Of a stretch of DNA of 64,000 nt, positions 1-9,435 are shown one piece after another. The stretch lies in contig CAZGWK010000008.1 in the NCBI GenBank assembly GCA_964529285.1, positions 9,993 through 73,992 of the forward strand, given 5' to 3'. A program made the translations under genes and the position numbers. This DNA comes from an uncultured Actinomycetota bacterium (GTDB lineage Bacteria; Actinomycetota; Geothermincolia; Geothermincolales; RBG-13-55-18). The stretch's first letter is position 1; each line of letters opens with the position of its first letter. The notes beneath the pieces are model-generated. The model was not told the DNA's origin, did no database searches, and worked only from the letters and a program-made list of their open reading frames with translations.

Positions 1-208
1 CGAGGCCGCCGCGGCCGTTGCCGAGAAGTACGGGTTGCTTGCAACGGGCGGGAGCGACGCACATGCCATCTGGCAGGTCGGGAAATGCGTTACCGTCTTC
101 GAGAAGGATATAGGCAGCGAGGAGGAACTCATCGCGGAGCTGCGCGAGGGGAGATTCTTTCCCGCCTACCTGGAGGACCTCATGAAGAGCGCGGGCGAGA
201 GCGCCTGA
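1..208 (+). CDS. PHP-domain phosphoesterase, C-terminal fragment (5' end lies outside the window)
   Basis: Frame 2 reads ...LATGGSDAHAIWQVGKCVTVF...EDLMKSAGESA and ends at TGA 206-208. The GGSDAH metal-binding motif is typical of PHP / histidinol-phosphatase-like phosphoesterases. Confidence 0.5.
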   Translation, partial: EAAAAVAEKYGLLATGGSDAHAIWQVGKCVTVFEKDIGSEEELIAELREGRFFPAYLEDLMKSAGESA

Positions 209-227
209 CGGCCGGTATCTTCCTTTC

Positions 228-758
228 TCATTTCCCCTTGGTGATGCGGAAGCGGCACCTGTCATCGCCGCGGGGCAGCGCTTCCAGCACCTCGATCCTG
301 AAATCACCCCCCAGGTGGGAGACCAGGCCGGGGAACTCGTGCCTGGAGCAGCACTCCTCGCAATCGATGCCCATGTGCTTGAAATACCAGTCGTACCAGG
401 GATCCCTGCGGATGGTCAGGTATCCCGCGTCTCCGTCGATCTCCGCGTAGATCTGCTTCAGCTTGGGCAGGTAGGCGAGGGACTCGTTGTTGAGGAGCAG
501 GAGCAGTTTCATGGCGTCCTCGACCGTGGGTTGCAGGCGGTATACTTTTACCAGCCGCTTACCCGCGCTCCATCCCACGCCGTGCATGGCGGAGTTGATC
601 AGGCCCTGCAGCTCTTCGCTGGTGAGGTTCGAACCTGCGTACTGCGCGATATCGTTGAACACTCCCATCAGGGCGGCATAAAGCGTACGGTATTTGTCGT
701 CCACGGACATGGCCGGGCAGATCACCATCTCCAAACGCATCACCTCCCGGAAAACCAT
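228..758 (-). CDS. hypothetical protein (176 aa) with a C-terminal Cys cluster
   Basis: Clean ORF with protein-like composition and a CEECCSRHEF motif near the C-terminus. I recognise no family. The start is uncertain between ATG at 758, 740 or 728. Confidence 0.45.
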   Translation of the reverse strand: MVFREVMRLEMVICPAMSVDDKYRTLYAALMGVFNDIAQYAGSNLTSEELQGLINSAMHGVGWSAGKRLVKVYRLQPTVEDAMKLLLLLNNESLAYLPKLKQIYAEIDGDAGYLTIRRDPWYDWYFKHMGIDCEECCSRHEFPGLVSHLGGDFRIEVLEALPRGDDRCRFRITKGK

Positions 759-843
759 TCTAACATCAACGAGCCGATTTCAGGCAAGGCATCCCGGTTA
801 TAGACGGCTTGAGGTGTGCGCGCGCAGCAACGGCGTCCTTATA

Positions 844-1704
844 TCATTCGAAGGTAACGCTCTCCTTCAGGGACTCCACCGTCTGGGAGCCGGTATCCGT
901 TCCCATTATGGCTATGAAGAAAACCGACCTCTCCTTGATTATCCACAGGGTTTCGACGTTGAAGGAGGTATCCATCAAACTGACCGAGGTGGCCATGTGC
1001 AGTACGGCGTCTCCCGTCGCCAGCCTCTCCACCTGGTATAGATCGGCGTCCACCGAGCCCATTCCCCCCAGTCCCTCGGCGAAGCTGGTGTTGAATGCTT
1101 CCTCCCATTCATCCCTGTTATCGTAGAACCATTCCTCCATCTCCTCGGGATCGTCCCCGGAAGGCGGCTTTTCACCGATCGCGGGCGGCATATCCATGGA
1201 TGCGACCATGACGAAGTTGCTCTGGCTGTTATCGACGAAGAGCGCTTCCGCTGCGATGTCACCCGAGCCCTCCTTCATCGAATCATTGAACTCGTCGAAC
1301 AGGTCCTGGCTTGCTTCCTGATAACCAGGGGGAGCGGAGACGTTGATGCCGTAAGTCTTGCCGCGGGTGAGATAAAACGCTCCGACGGCGACGATGACTA
1401 TCAGCACTACCACCAGGGCGCCGATGACGATCTTTACGGTAGCGGGTCTTTGGGGCGCGGGGGCGTGCGGCTGGTAACCCGCCGCATATGCATCCGGGGG
1501 CGGCTGATACCCCGGGCCCGTCGCGGGCGGCGGATGGGGCTGCTGGCCAGGCGGGACCGCGGGTCCCTGCGGCGGGTACTGCTGCGCGTTTCCTTCCAGG
1601 GTGGAGGTTTCAAACGCATCGCTGCTTGCGCTCAAAGGATGTTCGCACAGATAACACCTGTCCGCGCGTTCGGCGTTCTCAGCTCCACATCTGGGACACT
1701 TCAT
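844..1704 (-). CDS. zinc-ribbon / Pro-rich linker / single-TM protein with an acidic extracytoplasmic domain
   Basis: ATG at 1704 is preceded by GGGGTG. The N-terminus is MKCPRCGAENAERADRCYLCEHP (CxxC...CxxC). A PPQGP/YQPP-rich linker follows, then a hydrophobic helix (IVIGALVVVLIVIVAVGAFYL), then a ~150 aa acidic domain. Confidence 0.55.
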   Translation of the reverse strand: MKCPRCGAENAERADRCYLCEHPLSASSDAFETSTLEGNAQQYPPQGPAVPPGQQPHPPPATGPGYQPPPDAYAAGYQPHAPAPQRPATVKIVIGALVVVLIVIVAVGAFYLTRGKTYGINVSAPPGYQEASQDLFDEFNDSMKEGSGDIAAEALFVDNSQSNFVMVASMDMPPAIGEKPPSGDDPEEMEEWFYDNRDEWEEAFNTSFAEGLGGMGSVDADLYQVERLATGDAVLHMATSVSLMDTSFNVETLWIIKERSVFFIAIMGTDTGSQTVESLKESVTFE

Positions 1705-1882
1705 CTTACACCCCCAGGTCCAGTACCTTATACCGTTTACCTTTTTTTCGTCCCGCTGCCCGCACACCTTTACCGGCGCCTGCGGGAGCCCGGGATTTCC
1801 CTAAGAGAAGATCTTCGGTGGGAAGCGGAAGATACCGGCAGGCGCTGCCGGGCCTTCCCGCCCGCGGGACGCGCGCGACGGG

Positions 1883-2932
1883 TCAATAACGGGTAATATG
1901 CTGCTCGCACAGGCCGAAGAGGTCCTCCACGGCTACCTTTCCCCCACCCCTTCCCAGGCTGCCCCTGAAGAGGCCGAAGGGCTGATGGAAATCGGAGAGG
2001 ACGGGCCCCACGCGTATGCGCTCCGCCCTTTCTCCCAGGGGGCGGAACTCCACCTCCACCAGGCCGTCAGTTGTGTTGATGAACCAGGGGCCCAGGATGT
2101 CGGCCTCGCTGTAGCCGAAGCGGGCGGCACCGGTGAGGTGTAACCCGCCGTCCACCCAGTAGCAGTTCTCGCTATACTCCTCGTCGTTGGCGATTATGTT
2201 GTGGCAGAGGTTGGCGGCGACGAGGACACCTTGCGGCGTGAATCCCCCGAAGCACAGCCATCTCCAGAAACTCCTGTAGGGGTAGAAGGCTTTCTGCTCG
2301 TCCAGCAGGCACACGTCCCGGGCTGGGTCCAGCTCGATGACCTCGCCGCCTACTTTCATGTGGCCTTCCACCGGACAGGCGGCTTTATGTGTATAGAGGG
2401 GCCGGTTGGGGGAGAAAGGGCTGACCACCACCAGCGGCTGATAGCGGGACAAATCCTCCAGCATGCGGAAATCGCCGCTGATGGCGGGGAGTTTTCTCGT
2501 CTGCGCCGCGTCCACGCGCACGCGGTGGTAGCCATCCTCCAGGCGGTTGTCGAAGTCCAGGGAGTACCCTTTCGCCGAGAAAGAGCACCTGCCTTTCCAC
2601 ATGGTCTCGGCTATCTCCGCCTTGCCTCCCGGTGCCTGGCGGGAATGCTCCCGCATCTCGCCCTTGCCGCGGTCGTAGTGGTAGACGAAGGAGACGGTCA
2701 TGAACTTGGCATCGAAGATGACCATGCCGAAGTAGTGGCGCGGATGCACTACGCCGTAATGCTGCCATTCCTTGAGGCGCAAGCGGCCGAGGGCGCGCAT
2801 GTATTTCCCTCCCGTGCGGAAGATATCGGCTTCCTCCAGGTTGAGCTCCCTGAACGGTTCCTCGAAGGCCCCGAACTCCGTAACCCTGCCGCCTTCGACC
2901 AGGCGCGCCGGGGTCTTTTTGATCGTGCGCAA
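1883..2932 (-). CDS. hypothetical protein (349 aa), possibly DUF2804-like
   Basis: Long ORF with balanced amino-acid composition. The family assignment is from memory only and is low confidence. The opposite-strand ORF 2201..2977 is an antisense shadow. Confidence 0.5.
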   Translation of the reverse strand: MRTIKKTPARLVEGGRVTEFGAFEEPFRELNLEEADIFRTGGKYMRALGRLRLKEWQHYGVVHPRHYFGMVIFDAKFMTVSFVYHYDRGKGEMREHSRQAPGGKAEIAETMWKGRCSFSAKGYSLDFDNRLEDGYHRVRVDAAQTRKLPAISGDFRMLEDLSRYQPLVVVSPFSPNRPLYTHKAACPVEGHMKVGGEVIELDPARDVCLLDEQKAFYPYRSFWRWLCFGGFTPQGVLVAANLCHNIIANDEEYSENCYWVDGGLHLTGAARFGYSEADILGPWFINTTDGLVEVEFRPLGERAERIRVGPVLSDFHQPFGLFRGSLGRGGGKVAVEDLFGLCEQHITRY

Positions 2933-3238
2933 AGCTCCTCCTTTCCTGCCGGTCCACCTGTACCCCCTATTCTATAGGTTCGGCGGCGGGAATTGTGGGC
3001 CTGGCGCGGGATCAGACCCCGCGGTGCTCCCGCGAACCTGCACGTGAGGTACGAGGTGCGCCATGTACCGCCAGACTGCTGCGCAGGAGACTCGCAGCGC
3101 CCGCCGTGATATAAAGATATGACGGAGGGTGTATTCGCTTCCTGCCCGGGGTATGATCGGCCGGGCGCCGCCGCTTTGTGCGCCAGAGCGGCCGGTGTGG
3201 AGTTGCCAAAGGAGTCGAGCGTAAAGGAGGTCATCGCA

Positions 3239-4249
3239 TTGATAACCGCATTTCAGCATGTAGGGATGGGGGTTCATGATACCGACCGCACTTTCGATTT
3301 CTACCGCAGGCTGATGGGTTTCCGCATCAAGTTGAGCGACCAGACCAGCTACCTCGAGGAGATGACCCCCATTATCGGCGCCCTGGTCGAGATGCGGGCG
3401 CTGATGGCTATGAACGCGAAGGGCGGCGGGGCCATCGAGCTCATCGAGCATACCTCCACCCGCCCCATGGAGCCTGCGGAGCCGGTGCGTTGGGGCGACC
3501 TCGGTTATCTGGAACTGGGTCTCAAGGCATATAAGCTGGACCAGGTATACCTCGATCTCAAGAGAAAAGGGGTGGATTTTCTCACCCCCGTTCAGAGCAT
3601 GGACTTGAGCACGGGAGGCAGAGAGCGTTACGCATACCTGCGCGATCCCGATGGCCTGCTGCTCCAGCTGGTCGAGGTGGAAGGCGGCAGCAAACCCGCC
3701 GTCGGCGGCGTCCACCACGTGGCCCTGGGGGTCGGAGACATGGAAAAGGCGAAGGCTTTTTATCGCGACGTCCTGGGTTTCGGGGACGTGCTGCACGAGT
3801 TCAAGGGACGTATGCCTGAGTTGGATAACGTAACGGAAGGCAAGGAGACGGAGCTGCTGGTGCTCGGGCACCGGCCGGAGGGGGTCAGCGCGATGCCCCT
3901 GCTCGAGAGGGCTATCATCAAGCTGGTAAGCACCCCGGGATACAAGGGAAAGACCATTTACGAGGGCAGGCGATGGGGGGATATAGGGTTGATGGAGATG
4001 GCCTTCGACGTGAGCGACCTTTCAGGCACGGTCAGCGGCCTCATCTCCAGGGGGGCTGAACTCTACCACCCGCCCACCAGGGTTGATATGGGTTCCGGGA
4101 CCACCGGTTCTTTCAGCTACATCAAGGACCCCGAGGGCAACGTGGTGGAGCTGGTCGAGGTCGAGAAGGTTCTGTACGCTTCGCCCAGGGTCATGAAATA
4201 CGCGCTGGTATGGCTGCTCAAGGCCGCGGCGGCACTGCGGCTGGTATGA
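3239..4249 (+). CDS. tandem VOC / glyoxalase-bleomycin-resistance family protein
   Basis: Two VOC-like modules (ITAFQHVGMGVHD... and VHHVALGVGDMEKAKAFYRDVLGF). The start is taken as an in-frame TTG at 3239, 8 nt after AAGGAGG. The longer ORF from 3119 overlaps nothing but has no RBS. Confidence 0.6.
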   Translation: MITAFQHVGMGVHDTDRTFDFYRRLMGFRIKLSDQTSYLEEMTPIIGALVEMRALMAMNAKGGGAIELIEHTSTRPMEPAEPVRWGDLGYLELGLKAYKLDQVYLDLKRKGVDFLTPVQSMDLSTGGRERYAYLRDPDGLLLQLVEVEGGSKPAVGGVHHVALGVGDMEKAKAFYRDVLGFGDVLHEFKGRMPELDNVTEGKETELLVLGHRPEGVSAMPLLERAIIKLVSTPGYKGKTIYEGRRWGDIGLMEMAFDVSDLSGTVSGLISRGAELYHPPTRVDMGSGTTGSFSYIKDPEGNVVELVEVEKVLYASPRVMKYALVWLLKAAAALRLV

Positions 4250-4259
4250 ACGCGAGGTT

Positions 4260-4829
4260 TTGATGATGTGCGATATTCCGGAGGACCTGCTCGGGGCATC
4301 GCAGTTCCACGGCCATCTCTGCCCCGGCCTGGCTATCGGCTATCGCGCGTCCAGGGCGTGCATGGAGAGGATGGGTCTCTCCCGTGCCTACGATGAGGAG
4401 CTGGTATGCGTGGTGGAGAACGATTCCTGCAGCGTCGATGCGGTGCAGTTCTTCACCGGCTGCACTTTCGGAAAGGGCAACCTCTACTTCAGGGACTATG
4501 GAAAGCAGGTCTTTACCTTCGCCTCGCGACAGCGTCCGGGGCGAGCGCTACGCGTAAGCCTCAGGGCCGGCGCCTTCCCTCCTGCGCTAGAGAGCGAGGA
4601 TCCGCAAAAACGCAGGGAACAAGCCTTGCATTGGATCGTCTCGGCGCCCCTGGAGGAACTCTTCTACGTCGACGACATCGATTTTGAACTGCCGCCCGCA
4701 GCGCGCATCCATGCCTCCATGATCTGCGACAACTGCGGGGAGCCCAGCATGGAAACGCGTATGGTGGAAAAGGGCGGAAGGCGCTTGTGCCGGCCCTGCT
4801 CCGAGGGTTGGGAGCCGCCTCCCCGCTAG
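4260..4829 (+). CDS. FmdE/FwdE-family protein (formylmethanofuran dehydrogenase subunit E-like) with a C-terminal zinc ribbon
   Basis: FHGHLCPGLAIGYRA motif plus CDNCGE...CRPC at the C-terminus, as in FmdE-domain proteins. Confidence 0.65.
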   Translation: MMMCDIPEDLLGASQFHGHLCPGLAIGYRASRACMERMGLSRAYDEELVCVVENDSCSVDAVQFFTGCTFGKGNLYFRDYGKQVFTFASRQRPGRALRVSLRAGAFPPALESEDPQKRREQALHWIVSAPLEELFYVDDIDFELPPAARIHASMICDNCGEPSMETRMVEKGGRRLCRPCSEGWEPPPR

Positions 4830-4832
4830 GGT

Positions 4833-5228
4833 TCAGTCCAGCTTCGCCTCCACTTCAAGCACGAAAGACCTGGCGTCCTCGAGACATGCACCGGCCGTCA
4901 AGGGATCGGCTTCCATCTCTCCGCTGCCGAGAACACGCTGATAAAGATCGGAGACGATGGGCAACGCGCGCTGGTTTTCCTTGCTCATCCCCAGCCCGGG
5001 CAGGGCATCGCCCTGGAAACGCGCCAGGACGTCTTCCCAAGTCGCGCTTTCTCCGCCGCTTCCGTGCAGAGCCGCCCTCGCAGCGTAAATCATGGCCAGG
5101 AAGGAATCGGCTATCGCCTCTTCCGCGAGCCCCGCCAGCAGCATCTCCTCGGCTGTCTGCAATACGAGCTTCGCCTGGTGCAGCAGATCTTCACGCTCGT
5201 CGTTGGAGTCGAACAAGGATGGGATCAC
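4833..5228 (-). CDS. hypothetical all-alpha protein, weakly HEPN-like
   Basis: Helical composition with an RAALH (R-x3-H) stretch. The only N-terminal start is a GTG with a poor RBS, so the start is uncertain. Confidence 0.35.
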   Translation of the reverse strand: MIPSLFDSNDEREDLLHQAKLVLQTAEEMLLAGLAEEAIADSFLAMIYAARAALHGSGGESATWEDVLARFQGDALPGLGMSKENQRALPIVSDLYQRVLGSGEMEADPLTAGACLEDARSFVLEVEAKLD

Positions 5229-5368
5229 CTCCAGGCCACCGCGCTTCTCATGCTGAAAATCACTAAATACTACCTTATAATGTGGGATGCCGGGCGAGTC
5301 AAACGGCGGCGGAGAAGGTCGCGTGCGGGCAGCGCACGTGGCGCGGCGATAGCGGTACGGAGTTGGCG

Positions 5369-6232
5369 ATGCAGTTCTTTAAATATCACAGCCTGGGAAA
5401 CGACTATATACTACTCGACGCCCTGCAGGCGCCGCTGAGATTATCGCCGGCCGACATCCAGATGCTCTGCCATCGCCACCTGGGCATCGGAGGAGACGGC
5501 ATCATCGTCGTGGAGCCCTCCGAGAGAGCCGTATGCCGCATGATCAATTACAATCCCGACGCCAGCCAGGCGGACGTAAGCGGTAACGGACTGCGCTGCC
5601 TTGCGAAGCACCTCTTCGATTCCGGCATCTACGCGCAAAAAGAGATGCTCGTCGATACCCCTTCGGGCGTGAAGAGGCTCACCATCCATACCAGCATGGG
5701 CAAGGTGAGCAAGGTAGAGGTATATATGGGCAGGCCCGATTTTCGCCGTTCCTCCATACCCATGCAGGGAGAAGGCGAAGACGCCGTGGACGTGCCCATT
5801 GCGGTGGCGGAGAGGACCGTGAGCGCGACATGCCTATCGTTAGGCAACCCCCACTGCGTGCTCTTCCCGGACGAGCTGGATGACAACATGGTGAAGGAAG
5901 TAGGCCCCGCCATGGAAAACCATCCTGTCTTCCCGCTGCGGGTCAACGTGGAGTTCGCCCAGGTGATCAACGTATCCGAGATGCGCCTGCGCTCGTGGGA
6001 GAGGGGCGCGGGAGAGACCATGGCCAGCGCGACCGGCGCCGCGGCGGCCGTGGCGGCGGCCCTGCGCACCGGCAGGTGCAAGAGGAAGATACACGTCCGC
6101 CTGCCGGGTGGGCTGATGGAGGTGGAGGTGACACCCGAGGGCGAGATCATCACCCGCGGGCCGGCGCGGCGGGTCTTCAGGGGAGTGCTGGACGAGGACT
6201 GGCGCGAGAGGGGCCGCATCGTCGTAGTATGA
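5369..6232 (+). CDS. dapF: diaminopimelate epimerase
   Basis: MQFFKYHSLGNDYILLD N-terminus (DapF FxKxHGxGNDF motif) and a second catalytic-Cys region (GNPHCVLF). The length is ~287 aa. Confidence 0.85.
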   Translation: MQFFKYHSLGNDYILLDALQAPLRLSPADIQMLCHRHLGIGGDGIIVVEPSERAVCRMINYNPDASQADVSGNGLRCLAKHLFDSGIYAQKEMLVDTPSGVKRLTIHTSMGKVSKVEVYMGRPDFRRSSIPMQGEGEDAVDVPIAVAERTVSATCLSLGNPHCVLFPDELDDNMVKEVGPAMENHPVFPLRVNVEFAQVINVSEMRLRSWERGAGETMASATGAAAAVAAALRTGRCKRKIHVRLPGGLMEVEVTPEGEIITRGPARRVFRGVLDEDWRERGRIVVV

Positions 6233-6264
6233 TATCCGGTCAGTGCACGGCCGGCCGGAACGCA

Positions 6265-6999
6265 TCAGGCTTGAGCGGTGCGTTTCTCCCATATCTCGAG
6301 GAAACGCTGGGCATCCTCCCACATAAAGACGTTATTGAATAGTACGTAGGCCTTCTTTTTCTTGCTCTTGCGCAGGATCGTCGCCAGTTTTCCCAGTTCC
6401 TGGTCGCTATAGCGATGCCGGTAATTTCCGATACCGTGCATGCGCCAATAGATGACCGAGCCCGCCTTCTCGCGACCCTGAAAGGGGTCGACTACGTGCA
6501 GGAGGTCGAGTTCGCGGCAGAGTTTGCCCGTCTCGTCCGGATCCCACTGCCCCCTGGGTTCGAAGGCCATATGCAGGCCGTCTCGTTCGATGGTCGAGAA
6601 GAACTCGCGCATCTGGGCGAGGTTTTTAGGGCCCGGGCCGAAAGTCGATGGAGTCTCGAAGACGACGATCTCAGCTTCCAGCGCTCGAGCGACTTCCAGG
6701 GTATCCTTCCAGGCCTTGAGGACCTCGGCGGTGGGCTTGAACGAGCCGTAGGCCTCCCGCAGGTCTTGCGGGACAGGATGAGACAACCGCCGGTAGGTAG
6801 GGCTGGAGGGCCTGTGGGTTATGAGCTGCCAGGCTTTGAGGGTAAACTCGAAATGCGCGGGGGATTCCTGGCGCCACTTGTGGGACGTCTTAACCCTTGG
6901 CAGCTGGTAAAACGTCTTCTGAACCTCCACCAGGGGGAGAGTCCGGTAGTAGATATGTCTTGCCTGGGGGAAACCGCAACAACCTACCTTGAGCTCCAC
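6265..6999 (-). CDS. DUF72 (YecE/UPF0759) family protein
   Basis: GTG start preceded by GAGGTG. The N-terminus LKVGCCGF...YY is like the IGTSGWSY start of DUF72 proteins, and the overall length matches. Confidence 0.7.
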   Translation of the reverse strand: MELKVGCCGFPQARHIYYRTLPLVEVQKTFYQLPRVKTSHKWRQESPAHFEFTLKAWQLITHRPSSPTYRRLSHPVPQDLREAYGSFKPTAEVLKAWKDTLEVARALEAEIVVFETPSTFGPGPKNLAQMREFFSTIERDGLHMAFEPRGQWDPDETGKLCRELDLLHVVDPFQGREKAGSVIYWRMHGIGNYRHRYSDQELGKLATILRKSKKKKAYVLFNNVFMWEDAQRFLEIWEKRTAQA

Positions 7000-7370
7000 C
7001 TCAGCACCTCAAAACGGCTCCTCGGCCTTTCCTGCCTTATCCATCGACCGTGCGACCACGATTCTATAGGTTCTTCTGCGGGAAGCATGGGCGGCAGCGG
7101 GGCCCCCGCTGCCGCGTCCCGGATCACGTACTTGCAGCAAATAGCGCATAAGCGGATCAGTATAAGACAAGATTACAAGATCCAAGACCTGTCCCAAGCC
7201 CCGTACCTATACCTTTCCGTCTCGCCGTACATGCTTATGGGAGAAGAACAATCCCATATATAGAGTTCCAGATAAGGCGCGAGCTTCCTTCCCGTGCCGG
7301 GGATATCGGGGCGGCAACCCGCGCGCGGCGGAGAACGCGGAAACAGGAGGGGCAGTACCCTCCAGGGGGA

Positions 7371-8810
7371 TCAACCCTCGCCATCGATGCCGCTCATGGG
7401 GACTGCCGGTTTCTTTACGTTCACCCTTCCCCACCTCTGTTTCAATTCCTTGAGGAAATCCTTATTGAGAGAGCGGAAACGGTGAACGCCGTGATGCGCG
7501 TATGCGTAGATGGCAAAATCCCACCAGCGGAAACGCAATCCAAGCTTCCAGCACTGCCACAACGAGTAAAAGCGGCGCATGGAGCGTATCGATCCTTCCT
7601 TCTGGAGCTGGTAGGGGGTCATTTTCAAAGGCTCGAAGACCACGTGGTGGCCGCTGTACTTGGACCAGTCCTCGACCAGTATGCGGCCCTGCGAGAACAG
7701 CTCGTCGTAAGTCTCGGTGCCGGGAAAGGGCGTGAGGATCAGGAACTGTACCGTATCTATCTTCATGCCGCGCGCGAAACGCACCGTCTCCTTGATGGTC
7801 TTCAGGTCGTCCTCGTCCGAGCCGAGCACGAACATTCCATGTACCCTGATCTTGTACTCGTGCAGCTTCTTAACCGCTTCGGAGATATCCTGGACCGTCT
7901 GCTCCTTGCGGTAGCTCTCCAGGGTGCGCGGGTTGATCGATTCAAGCCCCAGGTAAAGGAAAGTACATCCGCTCTCCCGCATGAGGGCGAGCATCTCCTC
8001 GTCTTTCACCACGTCGACCCGGGCTTGCGCCGTCCAGTTTACTTTGATTCCCCTGTCGATCATGCCCCGCAGCAGCTCTTTCGTCCTCTTTGGCCGCGCC
8101 GTGAAGTTATCGTCGTAGAAGAAGAAACTTGCGCGCCGGCTGCGTTCGCCCAGCATCTGCAACTCCGCCAGGACATCTTCGGTATCGCGAAAGCGGTAAC
8201 GCCTACCGAACATCTTGGTGACCGAGCAGAACTTGCAGTTGTAAGGGCAGCCCCGGCTGGTCATGATGGGGATGGTGCGGATCTTCTCGTAGTTCCTGAT
8301 CATCGTGAGGTCGGGCCAGGGCAGATCGGCCAGGTGCTCGATCTTTTTGCTCAAGGGGTTGTGTACGAAACCGTCGCCGGCGCGATAGGAGAGGCCGGGG
8401 ATGGAGCTCATATCGTCATCCCCCGCCCTGATCCTCTTGACCAGCTCGACGAAGGCATATTCGCCCTCTCCGCGCATGACGTAGTCGGCGCCCTTTTCCA
8501 GGGCTTCCTCCGGGAGAAAAGTCACGTGAGCTCCCCCCATGATCACGGGGATGTCGGCGAGCTGTTTTACGCGCTCCAGGATGGAATAAGCCTCGAGAGC
8601 GGTGGTGGTGATGGTGGATATGCCCACCAGGTCCGACTCGGCCACCTCGTTCCAGTCTATTCCCCCCAGCTCCTGGAATATTATCGTGGGCCTGATCCCC
8701 AGTTCGCGTTCCAACATGGCGCCCAACAGTGGAAGCCCCAACCTCGGCAGCTTGAACTTCGCGTAGACGTGTACTCCCGGCGCCTTGGGCTCGATAAGAG
8801 TTACCCTCAC
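7371..8810 (-). CDS. B12-binding domain radical SAM protein
   Basis: N-terminal cobalamin-binding Rossmann region (ISTITTTALEAYSI...VIMGGAHVTF) followed by SRGCPYNCKFCS (CxxxCxxC). GTG start at 8810 with AAGGGA upstream. The + strand ORF 7482..8840 is an antisense shadow. Confidence 0.85.
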   Translation of the reverse strand: MRVTLIEPKAPGVHVYAKFKLPRLGLPLLGAMLERELGIRPTIIFQELGGIDWNEVAESDLVGISTITTTALEAYSILERVKQLADIPVIMGGAHVTFLPEEALEKGADYVMRGEGEYAFVELVKRIRAGDDDMSSIPGLSYRAGDGFVHNPLSKKIEHLADLPWPDLTMIRNYEKIRTIPIMTSRGCPYNCKFCSVTKMFGRRYRFRDTEDVLAELQMLGERSRRASFFFYDDNFTARPKRTKELLRGMIDRGIKVNWTAQARVDVVKDEEMLALMRESGCTFLYLGLESINPRTLESYRKEQTVQDISEAVKKLHEYKIRVHGMFVLGSDEDDLKTIKETVRFARGMKIDTVQFLILTPFPGTETYDELFSQGRILVEDWSKYSGHHVVFEPLKMTPYQLQKEGSIRSMRRFYSLWQCWKLGLRFRWWDFAIYAYAHHGVHRFRSLNKDFLKELKQRWGRVNVKKPAVPMSGIDGEG

Positions 8811-9035
8811 ATTATTCCCTTTCTGGTTGACACAGCATGAGCGATGGAATGTATCGTTATAAAACTTATACCCACATTCGCCACTTATTACAACATCGCC
8901 GCAGGGCAATAGTTACAGGTCAAAAGGCAAACGCGGGCGGCCAGCCCAGTCTCTCGAACTGGTATAATAGACCCCGCGGAGAGAAAAACCCCGTCCTTGA
9001 TCGGCGGAGTGGCGAACGTGCGGCAGGTGGGTGAT

Positions 9036-9407
9036 ATGAAGGGCAAGATCGTTATCGTCGATGATAACCAGGCTATAGTCGAGATGCTGCAGCGAAAACT
9101 GGAGAAAGAGGGTTACGAGGTCCTGGGTTGCACGGAGAGCGTCAAGGCCGTGGAGACATGCATGCGCGCGAACCCCGACTTGATCATCCTGGATATCCTC
9201 ATGCCGGGCAAGAACGGTTGGGAGATCATGGAGGAGCTGAAAGCAGAGACGTCGACACGGGATACGCCGGTGATTCTCTCCACGGTCAAGAACCGCCCCG
9301 AGGACGTGGAACATGGGAAAGATCTGCATGCAGCCGATTATATAGCCAAACCCTACGTCTTCAGCGATCTCCTCGAAAAGGTGCGGGGGATACTGCAGGT
9401 GGATTGA
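9036..9407 (+). CDS. stand-alone response-regulator receiver domain (CheY-like)
   Basis: MKGKIVIVDD acidic pocket, phospho-acceptor Asp in LIILDILMPG, conserved Lys in YIAKP. No output domain. RBS AGGTGGGTG. A TATAAT box lies ~55 nt upstream. Confidence 0.8.
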   Translation: MKGKIVIVDDNQAIVEMLQRKLEKEGYEVLGCTESVKAVETCMRANPDLIILDILMPGKNGWEIMEELKAETSTRDTPVILSTVKNRPEDVEHGKDLHAADYIAKPYVFSDLLEKVRGILQVD

Positions 9408-9435
9408 AGCGCCGGCATATTTGCGGAGCGAAGCG

